Notes: generated by a model from the letters alone, not told the origin. A stretch of DNA of 64,000 bases from Camelus dromedarius (GCF_036321535.1 NC_087436.1:49354001-49418000), one strand, 5' to 3'. Positions 24,721 to 37,358 are shown, counted from the stretch's first letter. Numbers and translations: made by a program.

Positions 24721-25882
24721 TGTAAGTAGATAGAGTGGCTGTTCCTAAAGAGAACCAGGCATGGCTTTCTTGAGAAGAGAAGAAGCCATTTTGTGATCTA
24801 AGCCTGCCCACAGTGCTTGCCCTTGAACACTTCTCAGTAATTAATGATCATAATGCAACAAAAAAAATGCAGAAACAGAGTATTATCAGGCAAGAGAAGT
24901 AACAATAGCAAAGATAATGTATCAGCTGTAAAGACTCTCAGTTCTGTTTCAGTGGTAAAGATCAGCCTGAAGCACTCAACCACCAGATCAACCTGAACCT
25001 AAGGGACTCTGACCCTCTGATGTCAGTCAGCTAAAGCTTGTGATGCAGGGGGAAAAAATGGGGAGTGTGAGAGGATGGCAGTGTCCCAGGTCTCAGTGGA
25101 GTCCCTGGGGCGTGTCCCAACAAGTGAGAGTCCTTGGCTTCATGCAGGAAAGAATTCAAGAGCGAGCCACAGTTGAGTAAAAGTAGATTTATTTAGAGAG
25201 ATGTGCACTCCATAGACAGAGTGCAGGCCATCTCAGAAGGCAAGAAAAAGGCTAAGAGGTGCAGGGTTGGGTGCTTAGTTTAAAGTAAAAGTAACAGGCA
25301 GAGTGTGGGCTGTCCTGGAAGGCAGGAGAGACTGACTGAGAGGTGCGGTGTTGCTAGTTTTTATATGCTAACAAGTGAGAGGGTTATCCCAACCGCTTTG
25401 AGGAGAGGGGAGGATTCCCAGGATTGGGCCACTGCCTTCTCTTTGATCTTTGATGGGTAGCCTTGGAACTGCCCTGGCACTTGTGGGTATGCCATTCACC
25501 ATGCTACTACCTGACAATGTGTATAATGAAGCTCAAGGTTCACTGGAGGTAGATTCTCCCGCCATCTTGGTCCCCCAGGGTCTAATGGGAGTTGATTTTT
25601 TCATCATTTTGGTGTTAATTGCTGTGTCCTTCCTTTAATGGCCGTGTCCTGCCCCCTTTCTTCCTGTGTCACTTGGACTCTATCCACTGCCCAAGCCCCT
25701 TCATGAAAATACATATACCCTTAGCTTAAAACTTCCCCAATTTTGTTTGGGGAGATACTGCCTTGGGAAAATCCCCAGTGTTCTCCTTGCTGCAGGTAAT
25801 AAATCCTTCCTTCTCTGCATCTTTGGCTTGATTTGTGTCTTTTGATACCCACCAAGAGGCAAACCCAGTTTTCTGGGTAACA
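24721..25882 (+). mobile_element. ERV1-class solo LTR (family A), split by a nested LTR
   Basis: TGTAAG...TAACA termini, AATAAA at ~25798, 4-bp TSD GAAC/GAAA; homologous to the copy at 26330-26996. Confidence 0.85.
25041..25671 (-). mobile_element. ERV1-class (MER4-group-like) solo LTR nested in LTR A
   Basis: TGATGCAGG...CCTGTGTCA termini; perfect 4-bp TSD CTTG (25037-25040 / 25672-25675); AATAAA on the minus strand near 25190. Confidence 0.88.
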
Positions 25883-26329
25883 GAAACAATCTTCAAACCC
25901 TGAGGCTCAGGGAGAGCCAGTCTACCTTCAGCTTCAAAGGTGGGCACATGTTGAACCAGCCATGGCCAGTCAGAACCAACTCTGGGCCTTTTACTGGTAT
26001 CACTGGCTATTGCAACCAGAAGGAAAAGCTCAGTTCTCTCAAAGGAAATGTTTCTCCTACAGCGCAGCCAACACAGAGGAAAGTGGAGCTGAGAGATGCC
26101 GTCTAGTTGACGTCACTGAACAGACCATGCTCCGTAACTTTTCATTTTTGTGTATCAGTAAATTCCTCCTACCAAGCAAGACTGTTTGAGATATATTTTG
26201 GTTACTTAAATCTGGAAGAGTCTTGATTTATAATTTTTTTAAAGGGTACAAGAATCAAATTGTAGTGACAGCTAGAATGCAGAATTAGCCAAGTCCAGGT
26301 AGAAAAGAGACAATAAGGACCCCTCCTTC

Positions 26330-26996
26330 TGTTACTGGAAAACTGGGTTCACCCTTTGGTGGGTGTTGAGCCAAAAGACACAATGAAACCAAAGATCAGG
26401 AGAAGGAGGGATTTCTTACATGTAGCAAACAAGGAGACCACGGAGGGTTTTCCCCCAAGCGGTCTCCCCCCCCCCCCCCCCAAATTGAACAACAACAACA
26501 AAAAACCCCAGCAAAATCTGGGAAATTTTAAGCTAAGGGTACATGCAAATTCATGAAGGAGCTGGGGTTGGGGGGGGGGTCGACAGAATAGAAACTTTAG
26601 TTGATTGAAGTCATGAGGGTCAGGAAAAGTCAACATCCTCATCCCTTAGGTTCCAAGTGATCTGGTGGTTGAGTACCCGAGGGCCGTGATTGGGGGCTGG
26701 GGTTTTAAATTCTGCAAAACAGCTCAAGACAGTGCTTTAGGCTAGAATTTATCATTGAAATAGGTCTGGAAGTCTTTACTAATGGTTTGTTATCTTTGCT
26801 ATTGTTACTTCTCTTTCCTAAGAAGTATGTCCTTTTGTTCTTTAAATGTCAGTATTACTGAGACCTGTTCAAGGGCAAGCATTGTGTCCAGGCTTAGATC
26901 ACAAAAGGGCTTAGGCCAAAAAATGGCTTCTCTTCTGTCAAGAAAGCTTTGCCTGCTTCTCTTTCTCTGGAGACACCCCTACCCTATCTGCTTACA
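26330..26996 (-). mobile_element. ERV1-class solo LTR (family A, second copy, inverted)
   Basis: TGTTAC...CTTACA termini; the reverse complement aligns with 24721-25882 (AGAAGCCATTTT, CACCAGATCA, AACCCAGTTTT); TSD CTTC/TTTC. Confidence 0.85.
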
Positions 26997-28557
26997 TTTC
27001 TTTATCTGAGAAATTAAACAACAGTTGAATAACTCACTATCTGTGGTATCTTAGGACTTGAGTATGGGCTGACTGAGACTGGAGATTAGAAGACATGTTT
27101 GGAAAAAAAAATCAGAAATGTATTGGTTCCTTTTTGTGAGGTTTAGTGACATCCTTTAAGAAAAGGACAAGCTGCAGTTAAAGCTGGTTTATTTGGAAGC
27201 AGTGAAAACATCAAGAGCAGGCCTTTCGCCCTTATCCTGCAATCCCAAACAGCCAGGAGCCAGAAACTGTATAACTGTTTGAAAAGTAAAGTCCTCTTTG
27301 CAGTCTAAATTTAGTGCCAGCAAAAGTGAGGAGGGTAGAGTGAAATTAGAAGATAAGATTGAAACCAGGAGCCACCCACTTCTGTTGACAGAACATCAAG
27401 GCTAATTGTTAGAAGACAGAAACAACACCTTTGGGATCTAGAATCAAGGATTAGGCCTCTGTGTGAATACTGGCTTTTGTTGTTAACTCAGTGAATTTAC
27501 TGGAAACAAATAGATTGTAGAGTTTACTAAACTTTTAAGGAACTAGTGTTTCCAGAGAAACTCAAACACCCAGAAACTCAGGGCTGTGATTGCTCAACCC
27601 CCAAGGCAATACTCAGTCAGGATCCTAAACCCACACTAACAGAAACAACACCACTGATGGACTGTGAGAATGAGAAAGTAAACACCCCCCAGTGCCTTTC
27701 GCAGCTCTGATCAGACAGGACAAGTTACAGGGGAAATCATCCCAGAAGACACACCCAAGAGCAGACCAAAGGGTCCCCAAGAAATTCACTCTGAAGCCAA
27801 TACAAGGGATCCCTTACTCCTGTTCAGTGAGTACTAAGCACATTGCAAGTCACCCCTCCTCCCATTTCCCCTTTTCAAGTAGAAGGTTTATAGTAGTCAT
27901 TTTGTTTCCTCATCACAAATGTATATTATGTTTGTTGGAGATGCTTAAATGTATCAGTTTACAGTAGGTTTCTGAATCGTGAGGAATGCACATGAACAAG
28001 AGAATCTGGACTCAGCCTGGGTTCAGTAACTGGGTAAAACCTGCATGGTGCTGGTACGTATGTTTTTGATTCCATATGTATTACTGCTTAATGCAGGGTT
28101 GGGCAATTTTGAATTTTGTGGCTGTTGCAGAGGCAGGCAGTGAACTGTGATAAACATCTGTTTTGGCCTATCCAGAATCCATTTCTTCTAGGTCCACTCC
28201 CTGGTTTTCCCAGGGGAACTCCTCCTACCCCACTTTCATTACACGTGACTAGGTGAATCTGACTTCAATTTCAGCTTCAGAAGGTCAATGCGGACGCAGA
28301 CCTGGCCAATCAAAACATTGTAAACCTCTGGCTGTAGTGACTGGTTCTGGGTATCTAAACCACAGTTTGATATCTAGGCCAGTTAAATCAAAAGCAATGA
28401 GACAGTTTTGGGACTGGGGAAGAGACATTTTCTTTCTGTTGGAATTGTTGCAAATATAGAACATAAGCCTGTGGTTTCTAGCACCTATCATAAATGACAA
28501 TAGAGCTTACCTGACAATACAGCTAAAATAGGCCAAAGGAGAGCATTTGACTCATTT

Positions 28558-29218
28558 TGAAATGGAGCAGGATGCTGTGGGACCCTCCAGGTACAAATAC
28601 TTGTCATGTCTGCCTTTTTTTTTTTTTTTTTTTTTAATGGTGGTACTGAGAATTGAACCTAGGACCCCATGCACTCTACCACTGAAGCACTGAACTATAC
28701 CCTCCCCTCCCCATTTCTTGTTGTAGGAAATAGGCTTCAGTCAGCCTCCTTGACCTTCCCTGGGTTCCAAAGGGCAGATTCAAATAGTTACTAATCAGCA
28801 AAGGGAAAATGCAGAAAGAAAAGAGGAGCAGTTGAGAAACAATAGTGCAGACTTGGGGCAGGGTCCTGATTCCTCCTCAAGGAATATATATAACCGTATC
28901 TTTGAGTTCTTCTGCAGGAACTAAGGCACCACCCAGATGGAGGATGGTAATTTCAGACTGAGCACAAGATTGCTGGAGCCCTGCCCTGTTACGTCACCAC
29001 CAACCAATCAGAAGAAAGTCACACACCCTGCAGCCCTCATCCCAAATTGTGCCTTTAAAAACTTCTCCCTGAAAATCATCAGGGAGTTTGGGGTTTTCCG
29101 AGCATGAACCACCTGTTCGCCTTGCTTGGCCCTGCAATAAACCTTTCTCTGCTCCAAACGCTAATGTTTCAGTTTGGCCTCACTGTACATTGGGTACAGG
29201 AACTTGTGTTTGGTAACA
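28558..29218 (+). mobile_element. ERV1-class solo LTR (family B) nested in the MaLR 3' LTR
   Basis: TG...TAACA termini; perfect TSD ATTT (28554-28557 / 29219-29222); CCAATCAG, TTTAAAAA and AATAAA in LTR order. Confidence 0.88.
28615..28707 (-). mobile_element. Vic-1-type SINE (internally deleted) nested in LTR B
   Basis: poly-T, then GTACTGAGAATTGAACCTAGGACC...CTCTACCACTGAA...CTATACCCTCCCC; absent from the sister LTR at 36224. Confidence 0.85.
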
Positions 29219-30099
29219 ATTTGAGTTCCTTCGTCTAGCTGAACCTAAGAGTAATCTACCTTTGACATTTTTCACTATGTGATTCACCCCCCACCTCCCC
29301 AGCTTCCCACTTTCCTGAGGGCAATCTAATTTATGTTGGGTTCATTTCCTTCCCAACGGAGAGTCTTTAACACAAGAGCAATGAGAAGTCATGAAATGGA
29401 TTTAATCTGGTGGTATGTGATGAGATTTGATGTTTTTGAGGGGTAAGTTTTGATTGAAGGAACACCTTTAAAACATTTCCCATTTCATTCCCAAAAAGTA
29501 CTAAATAGGAAGAATCAGTAGGCTAACTGTACCTATATTTGTCCCCAGAGTTTGTAGCAAAACCAAATATAACTGGTTAGGGGTCATCACTGGGGACAAG
29601 GTAGGTGAGTATTGTCCACATTGTTACTTTTACTCTTCTTTAGTGTCTGCTATTTGGTCTCCCATTATTTTGCATAGAATTCTATCCAGGTATACTTTTA
29701 TACATTCACCAAGCCAGTTAGCATTTCATCCATGAATTAAGTAAAGTTCTGGCTCATTCTCTGTGTATTGAAGGTTTGAAAAGATAGTTGGTAGGACTTT
29801 TCCAAGATAGAAATATAGTAAGCATTTTTTATGAAAAGATGAAAGAGAATAGGCCCACCAATTGCTATAATTATCTACAGCAAGATTAACAATAATTTAT
29901 TAGTATTAATTATATCACATGTGCATATATTAATTAAGACTAAGAATAAATGTTAGAAACTTTCTAATGAAGTTAGAAGTGTTCTGGCTGTCTTCTGATA
30001 TATCACTTAAACTAAATTTTAAAAAATTCTTTAAATTTTAGCTAGTGAATAAAAGTAAAATCTGTAACTTGTAGATGACATTTTATTGCTTTCTGTTTC

Positions 30100-30363
30100 A
30101 TCTCCTTTCCCTATGGTGGGCTAGGTTGCAATCATGATGGTAAAAACCAGAGTTGATCATGGACCAGGGAGTCAAGGCCAACACTCTAGAGGAGGGAGAG
30201 CAACAAAGTAGAACTAAGCTGGATCCCTAAATGACCACCTGTATTGGAGCCAACTACCTACCCAGGAACACTCATGAGAAATGAATAAACTCTGTTTTAT
30301 TAAAAGATTGTATTTTGGTGGCTCTTTATCACATCAGTTTAGCATGTACATCCATCAAATACA
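30100..30363 (+). mobile_element. MLT1 (I/J-like) LTR 3' part
   Basis: GGAGAGCAACAAAGTAGAAC...GGATCCCTAAATGAC...AATAAACTCTGTTTTATTAA...AATACA. Confidence 0.65.
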
Positions 30364-33300
30364 ATGGATTATTATTTCCAAATAATAATTAGTCTTGTGT
30401 GTGTGTGTGTAGCAGATTAGGTGACCAAAAACTAAACAAAATTCAAAATTTCCTTTATTCTCATTATACAGAATGCCCCTTGTGGCAATGGTTGTCAAAC
30501 TTTAGAATGCATAAAAATTTCCTGGGAAGTTTCTTTAAAAGAATATATAACAGAATAACAAGGATAGTTCTAAATTCACATATTTTTGGACACAAAAATT
30601 TAATTTGGTTAATCAGTTTATAAGTAATAATCTTACAAACTTTTACTCCTTTAAAATTAGTTTGAATTTAATTCAATCTAAGATACAGACTGAACTTAAA
30701 ACATTTAATTCTTCATGCTCTAAAAATGAGCTTGAAATATGCTAAAATGATAAATAATGGTTCAATTATAGGAAGTGACTGATAATCTGAAGTTTATGTC
30801 AGAAAGATACAATGCAAGAGATAGACTTTTTGCTGCAATAATCAGTTCTGTATGGAAGAAACAGAAGTTCTAAACTTTAGATTAAACATATATAAATTTA
30901 AGGATAGAATGACCAGCTTTAGTATTTGATTCTTGGGTGTTTTCTATAACTTTCTGAAGCAGCAAGAGGTAAGAAAACAGATAAGAAAAATTAAAGGCAA
31001 TACTAAACTTGGCCCCATCTCACTTCAAATCCTCAAGTCTAAAAAGAGGTTTAAGAAAAAAATTTTATCTAACTATGCCTTGATGGAAAATAAGAGCCAA
31101 CCTATGGGGGGAAAAAAGCCCCCAAACACTATACTTTAAAACTCTTCTCTTCATTTTTGTTGAATTATATATTTTTTACCTCTAATATGTTTGTTGTAAA
31201 GAAAAGAGGGCCTATTATTCAGCTGAGGACTTATTCCACTTCCTCAGAATGTAAGAGAAATACAAAAAGAGGAAAATTTTGATTTAATGCAAAATTTCCT
31301 TCCAGGCAGCTATGTTCATTTCATGGTGGGAAGCAGCTGGCACAAGGAGGCCTGAGCTGCAGGAGCGAAGTTTCTCTCTCTTCCAGCCAAGTGGCTTTAA
31401 ATGCCTCTCTCATCAAAGGAGGAACCAAGTTGGACTTCACATCTACGCAATTTAAAAATAAAGAGGCAAACCTTTTCACGTATTATTTTTTTTTAGTGAG
31501 TTTTTCAAATGATTAAACAGTTTGCCTTTAATGAACATCTTAAAATGTTCTCCTAAGTGTTTTCATTCCAGAGGAAAGAAAGCACTCTACACTCTGATAT
31601 CAACATTAGTACTGAGTATACACTCTTCTCCCCAAGAGACTCAAGAATTACTCTGTATAAACAGATTTCTAGAACCTGAAGTCTTATTTGGTATAAATAT
31701 AAATTTTCTAAGTATTATCAATCGATATCAAATTTTTTGACAACCTATTGTGTATCTGAATTTGGGCAAAATACTATGATCTACTTTTTATTGCAAAACA
31801 AAAATCTTAAATTAGATGTTTACACAAAGACGCTCAGGGTGTCACACCGCTATGAGGAATAGTTGTGCCACACAATGCCAGTAATATGTTCTTTACTGAA
31901 GATTTTGAAGAAAGACGATTTTGAGAAAAGTGAGTCAGCTTTTTAAAATGGCTTTTTGTATGATTTTAAACTCTATTTTAAAAGTAGGTAGCACTTTTTC
32001 CCCATTTAATGTTACCACCACATTACTACCTTCTAGTTGTGAAATCTCATGATTCATCATCATTAGAGAAATTTAGAAAGTTCTGATGGCATAATGCCTG
32101 CCTTGGCTTCCCACTATAGTAGTTTAGTGTCAGGATACCAACCTACACATATATTTTGGTTTGTTACACAATGCCTCTGATTTGCAAGACTTCCTCCTTT
32201 ATTAGCAATGTTCTTTTTCTTCTGTAATTCTCAACATATTTTACTAAAGAAAAGTGACCTAAAAATCTAGGTCACTGCATATTGTAGGTGAAACTTTGCT
32301 TAAGGTTTGGCTAAGAGATATTCGCATTAAGAAGTTTGAGAATATTTGGGGTAATTCACTGGACACATTCCTAGAAAAGAAAATGCTCTTTTTGAGACTT
32401 ATTCAACAAGTTAATCTGTTAACATTCTAAACTAATGTATCCTTTGGAGCAGAAGCAGAAGGTGGTAAGCATGAAGCCTCATTTACTGTTTGACAGTTTG
32501 TTTTCCAAAACCAGGCTTCTGTGGCCAAGTCTAAGTGGTCGAGGTTTGGGGTAAACTCTCCTGTGGTTATACAAGTGATTGTCCTTAAAATCGGAGTTTC
32601 TTCAGATGAATCCACATATGCACCGGTGAAGCCCACAGCTTAAGAGTAACCTCCTCACTCCCCATTCTGTTTTAACCAATATCTAAGAGTAGGTTTAGCC
32701 ACAAGAAAATTGGCTGCACCCATACTGTCATGGTGTTAGGGACACCTGCCAACTGTTTCAAAACATGGACGGCATTGGCAGGCATCAGTGAGACAAATGG
32801 AGTTTAGCTCTGAAAACTGATTTTGTAAGTGCTTTTGTTTCTACTATGCCTCCTGGAATCTCATTCAAATACATTTTGCAATAATGTGGTTACTACCTTA
32901 TTGATCTCTGAAAAAAAAACAAGCACTTTACTTTTTAGAGGAGAAAATGTTCTCATCATGTTAGGTTAAGGTCAATCTATGAACCCCAAGTACTTTTCAT
33001 TTCAGCATAGATTTTTCCATCTGTCCCATGAACAGCCTCTTTGACCAAGAAGAACATTGTAAAAAGCAAATATTTTATGTCCAGATTTCCCTAGAGAATA
33101 ATAAATAATTGAATTTTCTGTGTTTCAAAAATATTTGAAAGTGTAATCATAGTTTGTGATAAAAGACACATGCATTTCCATAAATCCAAACGTGTTTAGA
33201 AAATGTCCTCAAATAGCTTACATGAGGGATTACACTACTCAACTGGATAGATTTCTTTTCTTCCATAAAGGGGCACAGAGTGAGTTTCCTTATTAAAAAC

Positions 33301-33816
33301 ATGTGCCAAGGATTTTTTTTTCTACAATCTGTATATTATTTACCTTTTACAAAGATATTTATGTAAAATTTATGTACAATTTCCTTCTTGGAACTGGTCA
33401 ACAGTCCTTGTCAGTCAAGATAAATCTTAGAAATCAATAATATAAAGTTAATAAAATCAGTATCTGTCTTACATAAGCATATTTTTTTATTTCATTTTTT
33501 TCTCACATTCTTTTTGAAAGAGGATATTTTGATCCCTAAAATGTAAGACTTGTCAGGACTTCCAGAATTTTTAATCTTGCTAGAATACTGTGTACAGAAG
33601 TCCTGGAACATGGGAAAATACTGACATTTAAAGTTTCTAGATTGTTTCAACTTTATAAAACCCAGTGAATTATCTATTAAGCTAATTTTTTTTTTTTTTT
33701 TTTTTGCTGAGCAACAGTTATTGAATACAGAAGGTATAAGCCTGTTAGCCACCTTTTAATTACATTAAGCAAATTTTAGTCTATCACATTCCAATGAGTT
33801 CTTCTGCTTATCAGTG

Positions 33817-34348
33817 TGTTAGGTAGGTAGATAAGTGGGAGCACCAAGCAGATAAGGTGGAGAAGATGGAGGATGGTCCGGAAGATGGCAGTATGCCCGC
33901 CTCCAGCATAAAAGGGCTTTCCATCCTCTAAATGAGTGCAGCAAGAAACCAGTTAGGACTGGGCAGCAGCAATGGTGTGGCAGTGACAAGGACCTAACTG
34001 GACACGACCCAATCCTCATTGTAATGTAATTGGTATTGCAGTTTAGGTACCTCCCCCGTAGGTTTTTCTGTGTGCATCATGGGTAAGGACATGTGCAAAA
34101 GGGGACAAGCATGACTAAGCACTCCAGGAGCAAGAGCCATCAATCAAGAGACCACCCCTAAGCCAGGGTGTAAGACAGAAGGGACAAGCAAAGACCAGGC
34201 TGCCCTCCTCTCTTGGAGGTGTGCTTTTACTTTGCTAATAAAACCTTTAAAATCTTAAGCTACCCAATGCTTCCATCTCCTGTCTGAATTCTTACCTTTT
34301 GGGTAAGACAAGAACTGGGGTCTTTTCCCTTCCCCTTTTGAGGTAACA
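33817..34348 (+). mobile_element. Intact ERV1-class solo LTR (532 bp)
   Basis: Inverted termini TGTTA...TAACA; perfect 4-bp TSD AGTG (33813-33816 / 34349-34352); AATAAA at 34237-34242. Confidence 0.92.
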
Positions 34349-34469
34349 AGTGTACTTTTTAGGTATATCACCCTATCATTTGATAGGTACATACTTAGAA
34401 TTGATCATTCCTGAAATAATACTTTCAAGGACATAGCCCTCAAACCTTTCAGAAAAATTCTAATAAGAG

Positions 34470-34805
34470 TTGAGTCAGAAAGTGTCCCAGCAGGAAACAG
34501 AGGGCATACTCAAATAAGGGTAACTTGAGAAGTGTTTAATAAAGAGATATTACAGCTGTTTGGAAAAGGTTTATGGAAAACAAAAGAGAACACTGCTATC
34601 ATCCCTAGGCCTAGAGGGGCAAGGTGAGGAAATGGTTACCAGAACTCAGAAGAGAAGCAATGTGTGGAGTAGGCCAGCTTGAGAGGAGCTGTGAAGGACA
34701 AAGCCAGTCTGAGGTGACCCCCAGGGAGGGAATCAGGAAAGAAATACCCCAAATTTACTCTTGCCTCTCTGTGGTCCATTGCCAGGCAAGTCTTCCATGA
34801 GCTAA
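34470..34805 (-). mobile_element. LTR33-like ERVL LTR fragment
   Basis: GTCCCAGCAGGAAACAGAGGGCATACTCAAA...CCCTAGGCCTAGAGGGGCAAGG...GGTTACCAGAAC...AGGAGCTGTGA resembles the recalled LTR33 consensus. Confidence 0.65.
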
Positions 34806-34807
34806 AC

Positions 34808-35360
34808 TGCACTGCTTAATATGGTAACCTAGTCACAGATGGCTACTGAGTACTCAAAATGTTGTAAGAGTAAAATATACACCAAATTTTGAAAACATGG
34901 TGCAAAAAGAGAGTGGAAAATATATTACTAACTTTGTATTAATTGAAAATAGGAAGGATAATATTTAGACACATAATCAACATATTAAATATGAACATGT
35001 ACTATTAAATATATATTTATCAATATATGTGATGTTATGTATAAGTAATAACATAAGATATTGGGGTTTTTAAAACAACACACGTAGTATGAGTTTACTT
35101 ACATGACGTTTAAACAGTCCAAACTAAAGTATTTTTTATTTAGAGTCACTTACATTTGTGGTGAAACTATAAAGAAAAGCAAGGGAATTAATAATAAAAA
35201 ATTCAGACTAGAGATTCCTGGCTGAGAGGGAGGAGTGACTAGGAAAGGCACGTAGGGGACTTCAAAGGTATTGATAATGCTTTATAAGATACATTGCTAA
35301 TACTAATTTTACCTGTTTCTTTTTAATTTTTAAAACATGCTACTAGAAAAAGTCAAATGT
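34808..35360. mobile_element. MER33/MER3-like hAT-Charlie element with an inserted old L1ME fragment (~35050-35290)
   Basis: CTGCTTAATATGGTAACCTAGTCACAGATGGCTACTGAG...GTAAAATATACACCAAATTTTGAA and TAATTTTACCTGTTTCTTTT...GCTACTAGAAAA flank L1ME-like GTGGTGAAACTATAAAGAAAAGCAAGGGAA. Confidence 0.6.
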
Positions 35361-35607
35361 TTAAATAATTATTAAATTTAAAATATGTTTATATCGTATC
35401 ATTTATCGTATCATTTTTCTTAGAGAGCACTGGGATAAACTCACCAGGAGTTAGAGGATACAGGGGTCTGCTGATGTGGTTAGAGACAGGCCAGCCTTCT
35501 ATAGCAGAAAGTAGGATGAAGAGTGAACCTGGAGGGGCCAACAAAGATACCTGGCTTAGGCTGTTAATAGAGAAAATGAACATGAAAAGATTTACCCTAA
35601 GGAAGAG

Positions 35608-35611
<4 letters not shown>

Positions 35612-35699
<88 letters not shown>

Positions 35700-35707
35700 T
35701 GTGTGTG
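35612..35707. repeat. Compound (TC)n(TG)n microsatellite
   Basis: Direct reading; the TC/TG junction is at ~35658. Confidence 0.97.
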
Positions 35708-36223
35708 ATTTCTATTGTTGGCCAGTGGAATAATTTCTTAGCAAGCTTGTTAGCACATTCCATATCAGCGAAGACTAGCATAAAAACAAACAAACAAACA
35801 AAAAACCCAGCATTGGGGATGCACCAAATAATCAGTTGAGCCTTTTAGAATTGTTTTGAATTTATGCATGTTTCCACTTGCTAAAGCTTAAATATAAATT
35901 GAAATTCATATTATCTTTAGGTCTTTAACAGACAGCTACAGCAGTCCTAACAAGAAGAAGACATAATTAAAATGGTTTTCCGGGATGGCATTTTGATAAA
36001 AACATTTGACAGAATATTTCTGATAAAAAAGATTTGTTTAAAAAAATCTTTTGTCAAAAAAACCTTTGTTTAATTTTAGGCATTTATCTACTTACTCAGC
36101 AAATACTAAGTTGGAACACCTATATTCACCCATTGAGCTTTCCAGTCTAATACTAGGAGAGAGATACTTAGCAGGAAAGCAAAAAAATAAATAATATTAA
36201 TTTCATAGAGTTTTCTATATTAG

Positions 36224-36415
36224 TGAAACAGAGCAGGACTCTGTAGGGCCCTCCCAGGTACAAACCCTTTCCATGTCTCCTGTTTCTTATTTGCAGGAAA
36301 TAGGCTTCATTCAGCCTCTGTGACCTTCCCTGAGTTCCAAAGGGCAGATTCAAATAGTTGTTAATCAGGGAAGGGATAGAATGCAGAAACAAGGGAGGAA
36401 CAATTAAGAAATAAA
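36224..36415 (+). mobile_element. Truncated ERV1-class LTR (family B, 5' ~190 bp)
   Basis: Aligns with 28558-28840 (GGAAATAGGCTTCA..CAGCCTC..TGACCTTCCCTG.GTTCCAAAGGGCAGATTCAAATAGTT). Confidence 0.85.
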
Positions 36416-36870
36416 TATTGTAGAGAGAATATTAAAAATTGAAGTATTTAATTCCCTGATTGTATAGCCTTTGATTAAAATGAAGAAGTTCAATCCAGTT
36501 AATACTAGAAAGATTACTCTTTAAAATCTTATATAAGCTTAAAGGAACAATTGAGATTTTCTCTTACATACAAAATGCATATGCTTCATCTAGAGTTTGA
36601 AATTCATTGATGCAGGAGGCTACTTTATTTGACTTTCGCCACTTGGGTAATTTTGTCTTTTTCTGCATGCAACATGCTGGATTATCTGAATAGTATACTA
36701 ACAGCCCGGATATTTGAGATGATGTACATATCAAATTGGAGATTCCTCGAAAAATTATAAAGGGAATATCCTTCTTAAAACTCTGAAAGCCTTTGGATGC
36801 ATCCAGATCACCAAATTCTAAAAGTCAATGATGGCTATGTACATATGTCTGTTGTGCAAATGCTGATTTT

Positions 36871-37051
36871 TTTATATTTTAATTTTTTAAAAACGTCTTA
36901 ATTTTTATTGAAGTGTAATTGATTCATGTTAGTTTCATGCACGCAGCAAAGCGATTCAGTTACACATAAACATACATACATATATATATATGTGTTTCAG
37001 TTTCTTTTCCATTGCAGCTCATTGCAAGAAACTGAATATAGTCTCCTGTGA
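36871..37051 (-). mobile_element. Short L1 3' end
   Basis: TTTTATTGAAGTGTAATTG...GATTCAGTTACAC...GAATATAGTCTCCTGTG; TSD AAAT(G/T)CTGATTTT. Confidence 0.8.
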
Positions 37052-37260
37052 AAATTCTGATTTTAAGTGTTAGAGTTTACTAGAAGGATATACAGCAAAC
37101 AACATCTTTAGGGCCTTACACTTCCCAAAATTTCTATTCTCTTCCTCTTTTTCTAGGCTCCAACCTCTGGTTTATATTCCTCATATATCTTCTTGTTCCA
37201 TCTTCCTCTTCCTTTCTGGTCACATAGTCTTAATCATCTTATGCCTTTGCATGATCTTTC

Positions 37261-37358
37261 TTTCTATTTTTTTTTTCATGGAGATACTGGGGATTGAACC
37301 CAGGACCTCATGCATGCTAAGCATGCACTCTTCCACTGGGCTATACCCTCCTCCACCA
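37261..37358 (-). mobile_element. Vic-1-type SINE
   Basis: TACTGGGGATTGAACCCAGGACCTCATGCATGCTAAGCATGCACTCT.CCACTG.GCTATACCCTCC; perfect TSD CATGATCTTTC (37250-37260 / 37359-37369). Confidence 0.92.

Larger units (their letters stand above)
24640..29374 (+). mobile_element. Ancient MaLR (MLT1-type) provirus: 5' LTR + internal + 3' LTR, with nested insertions
   Basis: MLT1-like LTR pieces at ~24640-24720 plus 25883-26232 and at 28146-28557 plus 29223-29374 (CCAGCATCC...TTGGGGAAC starts; GAGTCTT...ACA ends). The 27850-28145 segment resembles the MLT1-int 3' end (CCCATTTCCCCTTTTC...GAATTTTGTGGC...). Confidence 0.6.

Noticed and set aside
32427..32636. 69-aa ORF in unique-looking DNA
   Set aside because: Non-ATG start, no recognisable homology, and no supporting exon structure or processed-pseudogene hallmarks.
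35389..35839. 121-134 aa ORFs
   Set aside because: Kept open by the (TC)n(TG)n microsatellite.
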